This document shows positions 51,056 to 64,000 of a stretch of 64,000 bases of DNA, piece after piece. The notes beneath the pieces were generated by a model. That model had not been told where the DNA came from. It did no database searches and saw only the letters and a program-made list of their open reading frames with translations. The first letter of the stretch is position 1. The number at the start of each line of letters is the position of its first letter. The translations under genes were made by a program, and so were the position numbers. The stretch is from Selaginella moellendorffii (lineage: Eukaryota > Plantae > Lycopodiophyta), in contig NW_003314275.1 of NCBI RefSeq assembly GCF_000143415.4, positions 2,612,173-2,676,172 of the forward strand, read 5' to 3'.

Positions 51056-52828
51056 ACCAACTAGACTAGGCATTGAAGTATAAAGCACATCACTCTAAAG
51101 ATGGTTATTGCCTCTAAGTCATTTTATTTTCACCATCAACACAGTAGTTTTATGCTCTATGTAGATCCTAACTTTTAAAAGGAGGCCTTCTAATAAAATA
51201 TTGCCTCTACTTGCAAATTCTTGAAATAGAGGTGAAATATTTAATCCTGGCTATAAGATAGAAGATATGAGAAATCCTTTATAGACTATCTTACACATTG
51301 ATAAAAATAGTTGAGCCAAAAGATGTTAAGTGGTTTTTAAATTCTCTCATCATTGAAAGTTGTTCTTTCCATAACACTTTAGACCACAAAATGGAGTTCC
51401 TGAGGTCTAGTGTTGATTGAAGATTCTTGAATTAGGCATGATGATCTATATAACAGGATTGATATTTACAATTACTTTCTTAATATTTCTTTCAATTCAG
51501 TTAAAGAAAAACACAATAACTATTTATATCCCAAATTTAGAATAAAAGTTGCTAATTGCTTGGGGTGAGAGAAAAAAAGTGTTCTGATGCATTTGAGTTG
51601 TTAAGAAGTAGATAAATACATTTATTAGATGATGTGGTAAAATAAAAAATATAGGGCCAACAACTATACTTAACTTTTATTAATTAACTATTGCCTAAGT
51701 GGCTTTATATTCAACACTATATGGTTAGAGTTAAGAATTGATCATTTAAGGCTTCATTGTCTCTCAATAGATATTTCCAAGGCAATATATGTTTGAGAAT
51801 GGCTAGATTCTTTTAGTGCTTAACTTTATCAAGCTGTGAAATATTTCCATTGACTTTGTTCATAAGAGATGTTTTTGCTTATACTTCTTTGACTATGTTA
51901 TGGCAATCACTAGTGTGGATCAAACACTTAACACCACAAACATCAATTAACAATCCTATAGCTGTGAACAAACTTAAGGTAATTTAACTGGATTTTTTTT
52001 ATCAACTTCAAAAACAAGTTCATGTGCTAGGTGATATAGATTATGTCTATCATGAGCTTAAATTGCCATAGTTTATAGGGGAGATGCCAAGATGTATTTT
52101 TACAGCTTCCAAGTAACTAAGGATAAAAATGTATTTAAACTTGCACCTTTTAAAATTCCTAATGGCCTTGGGATAACATACAAAAGACAATTACACTTTT
52201 TCTCATTTATATAAGGAAAATGTTTTTTGGATTATATCTTTTAGCGGTTTCATTATGCATCTTTTATCAATAGCCACTTTATCATTGAAAATCTTCAAAA
52301 AAAATTAATTTGTTGTGGCTATCATATTTGCAAAAAGTTCACAATTGAAAAACAAACACAACATATCAATTGGTATCACCATTGCAAGAATAAATAAAGT
52401 TATTTCCAAACTTTACATATGGTGGAAATTTATTTTGAAAGCACTAGAGAGGGAACAAGGAGGAGCAAAGGAGGGTACATAAAGGATAACAATAATAACA
52501 CATATACTATAGCAATTACAAGTATAGCTCTTGTCCTTCCTCTTCCTCTCTTCTTTTAAAAAAGCCTTTTGTGATCTTTAAATTTTGTTTCTCTCAAATG
52601 ACTAGGATTTTTTTTTCATTTAGAAGTGGAGTTTCACATCTTGGGATTTGTAAAATTTTGACACTTTAGGGATTTTGGATTTCTATGATTTCTCTTCACA
52701 ACTAACATCTAGGGGATGTTTAGAGTGATCTTTTATAGTGGCACTATATTCTAATTCAAGAATTATAAAATTCAAACAACCCTATATCACCATATGGTTA
52801 GGTGAGCAAATCCTCACTTTCAACGCTT

Positions 52829-54288
52829 TATAAGACACAAATTTCTAAGTCCCAAAGTGGAGTTAAAATTGCGCCATATGGCAATAACTGAAGTAAAAGT
52901 CTAATAAGCATAACACATTTAGACAAAAAATTTCAACTTGGAAAGTCAAGAGTAAATGCTTGGCAAATGAGCATAAAATGATTGATAAACGACTTTAGAA
53001 AGGGATAAAAGAAGGACAAACACATGGCAAATATCATATATATGAAAGTGTCGGGACTAAGTTCAAGACAAAGTTCAAGACTAAATCCAAGACTGAACCC
53101 AAGATTGAGTTTGAGTTCAAGTCTAAAATAGAGTACTAAACCGAGACCAAAACCGAAATTAAGACCAAGACCAAGACTAAGACTAAAACCAAGTCAGAGA
53201 CTAAATTTGAGACTAAATCCAAGTATAAGAGTGACAACCCAAAGTGATTATCTCCTAGACTTTAGGGGGTTTGATAAGTCTTTGTGAGATAGTAAAGGGA
53301 GGACTCCAATGGAACCAATAGGGCTAAAAAATGCTAGTGTGACCAAGGAAGGATATACTTATATGGTGGATCATAAGAGTCCAAAGTTAGAATGAATATG
53401 AATGGATAAATAGGGTGATTTGGTGAAATGTTTAAAAGTTAGCTTTAGTTCCCTTAAGAGACCAAATGGTCGATGTTCCAAATCTAAGTATAGATGGCAT
53501 TATTTACATAGATACTTTGCATGATTCATTAGAACCTCGCTTTAGCCACATAATTAAGGCACCCTAGTGGTAGAAGGTGGGGGGAGTATCCATAAAGCTC
53601 ATATTGAGTTACGGTGTTTTTAAATGTCATTCCAAAGCCTCGGACCATGAAAAGAAAGAAGAGTGATCTTTTTTCTTAGTGACCAAAAATATGATTATGT
53701 AGTAAGAAAGTCCCAAATGTTAGTGGGAGTTAATGGATAGGTTTTCGAGCCCTNNNNNNNNNNNNNNNNNNNNNNNNNNNNNNNNNNNNNNNNNNNNNNN
53801 NNNNNNNNNNNNNNNNNNNNNNNNNNNNNNNNNNNNNNNNNNNNNNNNNNNNNTTTATGGGACGAAGAGGGGCCTTGGTGGGGGGATTGAAAGAAGGGGA
53901 TATTTAGACCAATGGTGTTCCCCTATTTTTTAGAATATCTTTAGGGTGCTAAAAGTGTGATTATAGGATGGATCACTTATGAACAGATGCTCTAGTTTTG
54001 GAAAGATGGGATTGTGGTGTAGATGGTCTCAGATTATTAATGAGACAAGGGCGAATGAATACAATTTTAGTGTAACAAACTGATATGTTAGTACCTTTGG
54101 GTATTTATAGTGGAACTCAAATACATAGAGCACTTGCACTAAATGCAAAAGTAATATTTCTTTAAGGCCATTTTAAAAGTCTTAGCAAGTACCATAAATT
54201 GGGATGAAGACTTATGGAGGTTATTCTTTTAAGTGGTTAAATATATAGTTAAGTGGCTAAAGTTAAATGAAAAATTTAATCACTTACA
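52829..54288 (+). mobile_element. Solo LTR (same family as 1227-2522), containing an N gap
   Basis: TATAAGACAC...CACTTACA termini, TSD CGCTT (52824-52828)/CACTT (54289-54293), internal AAGAC(C/T) hexamer array at ~53055-53225. Confidence 0.8.
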
Positions 54289-55849
54289 CACTTCCACAAG
54301 GTATGGTAGGACTTGGAAACAAATCCTTAGCCCAAATCTCATAAGATCCAGCTCACCCTAACTCATTATTAAGGTTCTTCTTAATGTACAATATTCTATG
54401 TTTAATGTTAATTTTTGATTAATTTTGTATGATTGGAAGGACTAAATTTTGGATCTAGTGGTAGTGATTATTGCCACAATTGGGGCTAGTGGTAGATAGA
54501 AGTAAATTAATGTTGCATGTGTGAGGGAACCTATTTTTTCTTTAATATTAGTTTTGAAAAAGTTTCGTAATACTTTTTTAGTCCTTATGGCAAGGTTATA
54601 ACTTTTTAAAAAATGAGTTAGCACATTTATCTTATGTGGGAGGTAGATAGCATACTCTAGCCTCAAGCTAAAGGACATTTACACCTCACTTGAACTTACA
54701 AGTCATTAATTACACTAAATGCATATTGAAGTTGGAGTGCTCTAGCAATAAGTGGTTTTAAGTCTTGTAGTGGAGTCACTTTGGAGGCAAATCTCCTTAA
54801 TATCAACACTAGGTATTTATGTTTATATTTTTACTAATATCACTTTGTAAAAATGTGCTCTTAATGTTGTTGTTAATCACCCTTAAGTTATTAAGATAAT
54901 GGCCATCCTCAAGATGCTTTCATTTTCTTTTAAAGCTGGCTATATATAATGTATGTGGTTTCACCCTTTGCCCTATAGTGATTTACTATAGGATTAACAC
55001 AAAAAAAAACTTAAACACTTGGCCACATGTCCAAAAGTAATAAAGTAGAATTTGAATTTCCACTAAATGAAGAGATGGAGCGAAACTCTCAAGTTTAAAG
55101 CCAAAGAGCGAAGGAAGCAAATCACAGAATGACTTTTAAGCATACAACCCAAAGAGTGAAAAAGCAGGAGCACCTAGAGCATTTAACATCCCAATGTTAT
55201 GATCAACAAGTAAAATGAGATTTGGTACAATTTTAGTATATCAGTGGTTTAACACGAGGATATAAATACTTTACCAGCTAACATAGAATGGAATTTGAGT
55301 TTAAACCCAAATTGAACACAAAACAAGGATAGATATGCAAGTTAGAGCTAGATTATGCCTCAAGTTAGTCGACCATGGCTAACCTACCTATTATCCCTAC
55401 TATATATTCAGAATCCCCTCCCCTCTTGAGGAACACACACTTTAGGCTTTCACTTTAGTCCTCAAAGTTAATCCCATGAAAACTTATTAAATATAGATTG
55501 GCACAATTTGGACGAGGGAACAACACTATCGTATTCAGAATAATTTTCATATTCTGTAGATATACCTAATTAACAAATCTAGATATTTCCATAAATAGCA
55601 AGAGGGCAAACACATGAGGCATAATGTTCAATATTTGGCATATTATTGAATCATGAGAATTTATGTTGAAGTAACCTTTTGTAAAGTTGTAGGTAAGAAA
55701 AAGTTCATTAAGTCTTAAAAGTTTATATCCCTAAATTGAAAGTCATTCTTTCTCTAAGATGGAATTTTTTTCATAAATTTTCTTAGATTTTTCCAATAGC
55801 TAATCTACTCAAAAACCATTCTATTTTTATAAGCCATTTCAAACTAGTG

Positions 55850-57300
55850 AAAGGGTTAAAGTTAACTTTAGTTATCTTAGACTTTAGTAGGTAATTTATA
55901 TGATACAATTTAAAAGGAATATTAACCTTTGGGGATAAAGTAATTGAGCTGGATAAAGTATGAAGTTGGTGTAGAAAAATAGTTATTACACTTTTCTAAA
56001 AAGGTGATATTTGTGTTTTTCTTTTGTAGTATTATACTTTGTGGTACGTTGCACTTTGCATTTCATTAAACTCTATAAAAGTAATGAGCTTTCATTAATT
56101 TTGACTTAGTCTTGATGGCTTTATACCTTAGTTGAGGATAATAAAGTCCAACTTAATTGTTTGTAGTTGAGATTTTAGTACTTGTATTGTAGCTTTGTCT
56201 ATTAAAAGGTTGTATATCATATGAGTCCATCTCATAGTCTTCAATTTAGTTTTGGTTAAGTGTTGATCATGCATAACTCACCTCTTCAGATATGCTCAAA
56301 ATTATTGGCTAAATGCATTAGTGAGCTTATCGCAGTTAAGTTCGATTTGAATAATTATACTTTTCGTACTTGTTTATGTTTTTATATGTTGTACTTGGAA
56401 TGTTATCTTTCTGTTGGAAAAGTATATGACTTAATGACATGAGTTTAGTATTTAAGTCTTATGAAAGTAAATTGAAGAGTGATTATTAGTTGCTTTCTAA
56501 CTAATAATTGCTTGTAGACTTCATCAACGGCTACTAACACTTTACTTAATTTGATGATGATTTATTAAGTGATAGGTTTGCTTTACTAAATGGTGTTATG
56601 GAGGATGATGTTGTTAGTCTTGCATATGTTAGCATTTTAATTCCACTCCTTTATAGTTGAGTATTGTTAAACAATTGATATTAGATGCTAAATATAGTAT
56701 TTTTGACCTCGGTTAGCTTGGTTAACTTAGTTGCTATAGAGCTTTGAATGGTGGTTCACTCTTGCTTTCTTTTAGCTTTATTTTGGTGTTAATGACATTG
56801 AAATAATGTCTTACTATTGATATTATTAAAATTCATATTAGAGTGAGATAAAATGTCTTTTTCATAAGATTGATATTAGGTTTTATTAGTTTTAATGCAG
56901 ATAGTGTTGATGATTTGGCTATAGCTGATGCCATTTAAAGGCTCTTACTTCATTATGACTTGCTTAAGCATCTCTTGGAGGCTATGATGGAGGGTGTAGC
57001 AAAAAGATATTATTTGGTTACATTAGTTTATGGTGTTGAATTTTATTAAGTCTTGGATTTGATGATTATTGTGTTGGGCATTCATGCATTTGCTAGTTAG
57101 TAACTATATTGAAGTTTTATTAGTTTCAATGCAGATAGTATTGATGATTTGGATGAAGGACGTACTCATAGATGCTCAATATATATAATTTCAATTTTAA
57201 GGGTAAAAATATACCTTACTCAAGAGCATATTATATTTTAAGTAGTCATTAATTAATAAGAATCTAAACTGTGCTATTTGCTCTGATACCATAGCTTGAT
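55850..57300 (-). mobile_element. Degenerate LTR retroelement internal region with PBS
   Basis: Perfect GCTCTGATACCA (reverse complement of tRNA-Met PBS) at 57280-57291, next to AT-rich decayed sequence. The left boundary is approximate. Confidence 0.5.
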
Positions 57301-58384
57301 GAGAAAGATATTAATGGTTATTTTATCTTCATTTATCTTCCAAGGTTCTAAAGATCCACAATGACACTATATCCAAATCTCATCCTGTAATCATATGCAC
57401 TACATTATAGCAATATTTAATAGAGAATTTAAAATAATAAAAGACTGTGTATGGTCAATATAGATACAATAGTTTGTACCTAGGTATAATCCCATAGCTC
57501 ACTACAAATGCAAATTCCACCATTAAAAGATTTCAAGGCCATATTCAGCAAATAGTGTGAGCTTACTTGATGCATGACTATGCATAATGGATAATGCTCT
57601 AGAGATCCAATTGCTCCTAAAATTTTTGCTAGACCAAAAGGGCCAAACCAAATCTCTATCCAAGAGGTATATTACAATTTTTGAGCTCTTGCTTCACTCA
57701 CAATTAAGTTTTGGGCTTAAATGCATTGCCAAGATTCAAGACAACTTGAAGAAAAAGGTCAATCTTTCTTTTTAGTTTCTCTAGCAAGCAATCAAAGAAC
57801 CTTGCTCCCTAAAGAGATGAGCACTTAGAACTAAATGCATAACATTAGTAAATGTTTTTCATCTCTTGCACTTTCTCTTTTATCCTTAGTGTCACATACT
57901 AAACACTATTTCACATTTCTCTTATAAATTTTATGTGATAGTTTTTACAAATATAAACTTGTATAAGGTATAGTTTTATAACTTCATATTTGAAATTTTT
58001 AAAAAATACCTTACCTCCATTATCTTCTACAATTATAAGAAATACCAACCATTTTAATCAAATTTCAATATTGACAACTCTTATATGAATCACTTTGATC
58101 AACATTTAGAGCCACTTCAAGCTACTTATGATCAAACTGAAATATATGCACATCAAACAATATCCATTTACCACCTCCACCTTCACACACCACATTAGCA
58201 AGTCACAGTATTTATTTTCATATTAGTGTCTTATTATCTATTTGTTTTCATTATAATACATCACATTGTACATATGAGAATATTGTTATATGTTGTCAAT
58301 ATGGTCAAGTAATATTACTACAACTATTACCTATGCCAAATACTTTACTTATGTTTAACAAGAAAAATAAGAACTATACTAGCT

Positions 58385-58600
58385 AATATTATACACTACA
58401 ATAGCACCCTTGCATTTGCACCAATGTCTATTGATATTGCCACTTTAAGAAGTAATGGTCCTTACTGCTTTAAAATTCATGGACAGATTGACTATAATGT
58501 TATATCCTCACATTCTCCTGTAACTCTATAGGCTAAATACATAAGAAGCTACAAATATAAGGCATCAAAACCTATTTTAATAATGATGAGTGAAATTTAT
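58385..58600 (+). mobile_element. Helitron Rep N-terminal remnant
   Basis: NIIHYNSTLAFA and GPYCFKIHGQI resemble Helitron NIR.YNS.(L/F)AF.S / GPY.F.IHGQ.YH motifs. Confidence 0.7.
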
Positions 58601-58929
58601 TTTTACACCTTAACATACTCCTCTGTTATTTTAATCTATATGCACAAGTTTGTATGAAATAAAACAAGAAGAATGTAGCACTTATAGGCTGTCCTTTACC
58701 TGATGTTTATATGTTACTAAGGAATAAAGGAACTAACCATTATTGCTAAAATGCACCAAAAAAATGATATAATTGTTGTATTTGTCAATGAGAATGAAAA
58801 ACCTAAACATGAAATTTATATATATCCTATGACAAATCTTTTATACATTTAATAATCACACTTATTAACAAGTGTTCTTATTGTCTCATAAAATTTTAAC
58901 TCAAAAATCTGTTTCTCCATCTGGGGGTG

Positions 58930-60660
58930 TGAGGCACTGGAAGTGGGGCGGGAGGTAGGTGCAGGAGAAGTGAGGCAGCATCCAGCTAATGAAACCAGTA
59001 CCTCCAATCAGATCTGATCAATCCAATCCGATCCTTTGGCACTGTCAATTCCATTAGCTGCTGCTGCATGCTGTGTGGGTATTGGAGCCTTGATCAAAAT
59101 GCTAGAGATCTGCTCCTGACCATGGCATCTTGCCCATGGCACTCTTGCAACGCAGGTGTATGTCCAATTCCAAGTCCTTAGCTGCCACTACATGCTCTGT
59201 AGGTATTGGAGCCCCGACCAAAATGCCAGAGATCTGCTTTCCTGGCCATGGCGCTCTTGGAATGTCCATTTGTATGGCCGATTTCCAAGTCCTTAGCTTC
59301 CACTTGGAAAGTTAGTGGCCAGATCTCACTGTGATGATCTGCAATTCATTAAAAATAAATAGTTTAGAAGAAAACAGGCATAAAAAACAATGGCTTGCCT
59401 GAATAGCTTGATTCCCGTTTGCTTTTGAATCTTGGAGGAGTACACTAAGGTCACTTTGCATCCATTTTCGCAAAGTTCAAAGGTTCTTGAGTTGAACTTT
59501 ATGTTGAGATGGATAGAGTCTGATGGAGGTAAAAGAAAACATTGTTTCTCCTTTCTGATCTTTTTCTAATGTTTGTGTGTAGGTTACTACTTTGATCCAG
59601 TTTCCAGGCCAGATTATGAATGGATATATGATACTCCTCAGATCAAGAAGCATTAAGCTGGACTGCTTTATGGGAAAGAGTTCTTGGAGAAGTTGTTATG
59701 ATCCATGAACAAGTGAGTGCCTTGCTGCATGGCATCCATTGGATTCTCCTAGCCTAGACATAGAAATGATATAAATCAATCTAAAAACAGGGACAGCACC
59801 AAGATATTTGGACACGGTAAGAAAAGTGGCATGGCTAGGACAGTAGATCTTGCATTTTGATTGGGCAGAGCATGGGATGGATGTGGACATTTATAAGCAT
59901 CTTCTTACATCCAAGAGTAACCGCAAATCTTATCAAAAGAGAGCTCTCAAAGCAATTACCAACCAGGTTTTGTTGTTTTCTCTTCCTCTTTTTAATTTAT
60001 TTTGTATTTCTAAACAGGTAAGAGGAGATGAGAACTCTCCTCACGGGAATCTAGCATATCAAGAAACTCTAGAAAGCCAGGTAAAAACTTGAGTATCTCA
60101 ATGATAAATGTTTGCACTTTTTTAGAATCAGCCTTGGCAAGATTTTCAAGAGCCTTAGCATTTATACTAGAAGGTAAGTTGGATCCTCTTTATGTTGGAA
60201 TATTTCTTTTGCAGAGTGAGCGGCAGTGAGCCAGCAGTGAGCTAGCAGTGAGAAATAGCCAGCAGCAGCCAGGTAGCAGCCAGGTACGAGATGACAATGA
60301 GCATAGAGTTGGGGAAAATCGCACCTGTTTTTCTCCTTTCTTATCTTCCGCTTTTCATGGTAGCGTCCTTGTCCGAAATGTTAGAACGCTAGGTTAAAGC
60401 TGGTGATCGAAATGCCTGTGCATTTGTAGATTTAGCCACGACTTGAAAGGCTACTTACGTCAAGTAAATTCATCTCATCTCTTTGCTTTTTGTTCGTAGA
60501 AACCGGAAGATCTTCCTCGAGCAGTGAGCTTGAAAGTGCCTTGTCCTTATGGAATCAGGTCTTGATTTTAAGGAACTCACACAAACCGAGAATTATCGAA
60601 GAAAAACTCTGAGGGTGCTGTGGATGAAGATCAATGTGCTTGACTTGACGCGTCAGGTCA
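58930..60660 (+). pseudogene. Degenerate intron-containing gene or TE-gene fragments of unknown family
   Basis: GT..AG-bounded segments, broken frame YYFDPVSRPDYEWIYDTPQ...HFDWAEHGMDVDIYKHLL, ~85-bp direct repeat (59055-59140 / 59178-59260) and CAGTGAG tandem units at ~60217-60253. Confidence 0.35.
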
Positions 60661-60680
60661 AGCAATACCGCGTACGCGGT

Positions 60681-61965
60681 ATGGTGAGTGATCTACTTCT
60701 TGCCCGATGAAGCTTCAATCGTGGAAGCGCAGCACCAAATTGTCGAGTCGGATGAAGATTCCGTCTAATCTAACCAATGCCACTGCCAAAGACAAATTTC
60801 CAGCTCTGTTCACTGAGGTACGTTCTCCCGTTTTTTCTTCTCTCATTTTTTTTTCCTTTGTTCGTATGAGCTGATAACACCTTCCAGAATTCTAGCAAGG
60901 TAGAAGAAGTCACTGCCTTTGATCCCGTGGAGCTAGTGCTTTCAGGAGAAGAACGAAAAACGGTGCGTGGTCTAGACGAGTAAGCGACAGGCGACGATTG
61001 AGGCCTCGGCAAACGAGAGAGGAGAATACCACTGTCCGGCACAAACTCGAAGCCGAGGGCGAAAGGTGGTAAGGTCAAAAAAGGACGGCAACATTCTCGT
61101 CAAGGACAACGAACTTTGGCAATGCCGAGGAGAAGTTCGTAGTGGTGGAGCTCTCCGAGAAGACTCTGGTGGACACAATCGACTACGACCTCTACTCGTC
61201 CAATGTTGGAGCTGCTGGGAAGCCTGATGTATCCAACCGAGGAGTGGAAAATCTTGGGGAAGTTTGAGGCGAGGCAACCTCAAAGGTTTGTGCTGCGAAA
61301 GGCGGAGTAGCGAGGTATCTTAAGCTGAGGATACTGGCACACTATGGGGCGGAGTTTTACTGCACGCTTAGCGCCGTCGAGGTGTTTGGAGTCACGATTG
61401 AACGCATGCTGGAAGGTTGGATTGGCAGGAAGAGCAATGTAGACACTGGCGGTGATCCTTCACGAAAGCCGGATGTAGGGGACAAAAGTGACGCATCAAC
61501 AACGCCTGGTGGTCCTACGAACGCTGGTCCCGCAGGAGGTTCCACCGGTGGTTCCCATGGCTCTTCTACGACGTCGAAGCAATTGCATAGAGTTCTGGAG
61601 AAGTACGTTGACGGAACACCCATCACAGCGCGGTTTTGAAGGAGTACGATCAGGAGCTGTCGAACGTGATGAAGCGACTTAAGAGTATGAATGACTCTTG
61701 GAAGAAGCAAGTAAGATTATCGTGCTTGTGTCCCTAAGGAGATGTTTTCCAAATCCACGGTATGGTTTTCTAGCAATCCAAGTCGTTTTCTTACATGGCC
61801 CCTCTCTGATCGAGAGCTCGTTGCATTCCGTGTGGCGCTCCTGGCAGCGATCCTTCTCATTTTGCTGAAGACAAAATTCCCAATCGTCCTTGGGGTAGCA
61901 GGCTCCCTAACAGTAGAGACAAGCTTTTGTCAATTCGACGTTTGTAGATCGATCAAATCGTCGTG
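60681..61965 (+). pseudogene. Pseudogenised duplicate of the mid-SUN gene at 47642-49325
   Basis: High identity including intron 1 (e.g. [31 protein letters not shown]), but many small deletions, frameshifts and stops. Confidence 0.92.
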
Positions 61966-62306
61966 AGACGTTGGCGATTTTGTTTTTCCCAGGTGGCGAT
62001 GATAGGGTGAACCGTGAGACAAAGTGTTGGACAAGATTTTATCGAAATGTTTTTCAGACAAGATTAATCTTTGTTTTTTGACTTTGTCAACTTTAATCAC
62101 GGTGCTTTCCTTTACTCTAGGATGGATTTTAACCGTGGGAGTAGCTTCTTTAGCCCCACAGATCAATACCACATGATTGCATCAGCGATTTCGTCCTCCA
62201 TGTCACCTTTAAGTTCGCCCTTCCGCTTATATAGTCAGCCTTCTCTTTTGGCGAGGAATAGGGTTTATAAAGGACTCTAGGGTCTATAAAGCCGGGCAAA
62301 TCTCGT

Positions 62307-63334
62307 ATGGCGTTTGTGTTCTTTGTGATCTTGCTCTTATGCTCTATGTTCCAACTGGGAATCCCGACTTTGGTACATCTTTCCATTGTTCTGTGTTTCT
62401 TTGATCTGACTCAAATTTGCAGGGAGGGGGCCCGGTGCCAAAATTCCAAGTTACTAGCCTTGCCGAGTATAAGCGCATGGTGAACTTGAATGAATATGAG
62501 GGTCCATTTGTCCGGCTCGAAGAATACAACTATGCTGCGGCTGCCAACGGTGCTAGAGTCGTGAGCTTCAACAAGGAGGCCCAGGGTGGTGGCAACATTC
62601 TCAACAGGATCAAGGACCAGCACTATAGCAGCCCATGCAGTGCCGAAGACAAGTTCGTGGTTGTGGAGCTCTCGAAGGAGATTTATGTGGGCGCAATCAT
62701 CATCGTGAACTTCGATGAGGATTCATCCTATCCAAGAGATCTGGAGCTTCTAGGAAGTCTGGAGTATCCGACTGAGGAGTGGAAGCTCTTGGGGAGGTTT
62801 GAGGCGAAGGATGATATCAGGTCTTTCCAGGCGTTCATACTCCCTAGGACAGATCACTCGGTAAGGTATCTCAAGCTCAGGATACTGTCACACCACCGGG
62901 AGGAGTCCATCTGCACGCTTAGCACCATGATGGTGTATGAGCCCTTGATCAAGCGCACCCGTCCCCAGGTCTTTGATGCTCCATTCAAGCCAGAGCCGCC
63001 ACCATCACCTGAAGGACACATATCTTGTACGTGTCTTGGTGAAGAGATTGAGAAGGTAATTGGCCATCCTCAAGTTTAGATTGGCTAGATTTTGTCATTT
63101 GAGTTCTCTTTATTTTTCTCATGTTTGCTCTTGTCTTTGTGCAAGATGTTGGCCAAGGCGGGAAGTTGTAATGATCGGTGTTTTGATCCTTTTGTTGCTT
63201 TGATGGCACTTCCTCTTTTTCTTTACCTTTGCTCATTAGCTAAGAAATGTGGCCTAGTTGATGAAAGATTCGTTGCAGGGATCATACTCTCCTCAGGAAT
63301 GTTTTGTCTAATATTGGTGGTGTCTAAGATTTAA
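62307..63334 (+). CDS. Short mid-SUN protein: signal peptide + SUN domain + two C-terminal TMs, no coiled coil
   Basis: TATAAA at ~62285. Exons 62307-62372 (MAFVFFVILLLCSMFQLGIPTL), 62423-63055 (YNYAAAANGARVV...NIL...PCSAEDKFVVVELS...LSHH..ICTLS) and 63146-63334, all in frame. Confidence 0.85.
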
Positions 63335-64000
63335 TGCTGTGTTTTATCTATTTTGTTAATAAATGAAATTAATTATATATAAACATTCTCTTAAAAAAAT
63401 ATCAACCTATGAGGTCCAAGTGTATGGCTATGATGCCGTATATTAATATTAGCATAGTGGGATTTTGGTAGCCGTCGGATTAATTTCAATCCGGACCACT
63501 TGCTCATATATATAATCTAAGGTTTTTGGGTTAATTGAAATGCACATTTTTTGTATTCCTTTTCCATATTCAATCTATTTACATTGTTGGAAATGAGGGG
63601 CACTTTTGATTGTCCCTAAGGAGTGCTTGGATTTTTTTCAGATTTTTGGTTTAAATCTAGCTTTTGCATTATCTAAATCTTCTTTTGCTTTTAGCTTTTT
63701 TTCATTGCTCTTTCCTTTTTATTCATCTTCATGGCAGAGTAGTAGTCTCCTTCTCCTTTGACTCTGACGTAGCAATTGGTGCAATTGCTTGATACTATGC
63801 GATTGCAATTGAATAACCAAACTTAGTTGATGGTAGCATTCACAACATATGATATAGTTCCTCCTACTCTTCGTGCCAATCCTCACATTTAGCTGGAATT
63901 CTTTCATGGGAATCCTAGGGATGATGTGTACCATTGTGATTGCCACATATCATTCTTGGGATGGTACTTAACATTTGCATGATTTCCCATTTATCTCCAA

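Noticed and set aside
63719-64000. Short ORF with a CCECYH motif at the window end
   Set aside because: Too short and degenerate to assign; probably TE debris.

Overview
Eukaryotic land-plant nuclear DNA. Very short (~50-60 nt) introns, tiny intergenic spacers, teloboxes, S-motif-rich PPR genes and a cilia-type gene point to a compact genome of a flagellate-sperm plant, most likely the lycophyte Selaginella; this taxonomic call is an inference. The window has three zones. (1) 1-3500 is AT-rich TE debris containing a structurally complete 582-bp Cassandra-like TRIM whose LTRs carry a 5S rRNA Pol III promoter segment, nested in an older LTR retroelement. (2) 3.9-50.3 kb is gene-dense: WRKY19-like Zn-finger repeat protein, AGPase large subunit, WRC protein, DeSI/PPPDE, SCC4/MAU2, CDPK, PI31, CCDC113-like, CRR6, a NEN pseudogene interrupted by foreign gene fragments, NFU4-like, LEA-like, SEC23-like, RPAP3-like, CutA, two PPRs, a membrane protein, an FLS2-like non-RD LRR-RLK, a fused double TM-LEA_2 gene and a mid-SUN gene. 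(3) 50.3-60.6 kb is a TE graveyard (Helitron remnants, solo LTR, PBS) separating two copies of a ~2.7 kb two-gene mid-SUN segment in which opposite members were lost. There are two assembly gaps (4756-5616 and ~53754-53853). Exon boundaries were read by eye; family calls come from recalled motifs, not database searches.
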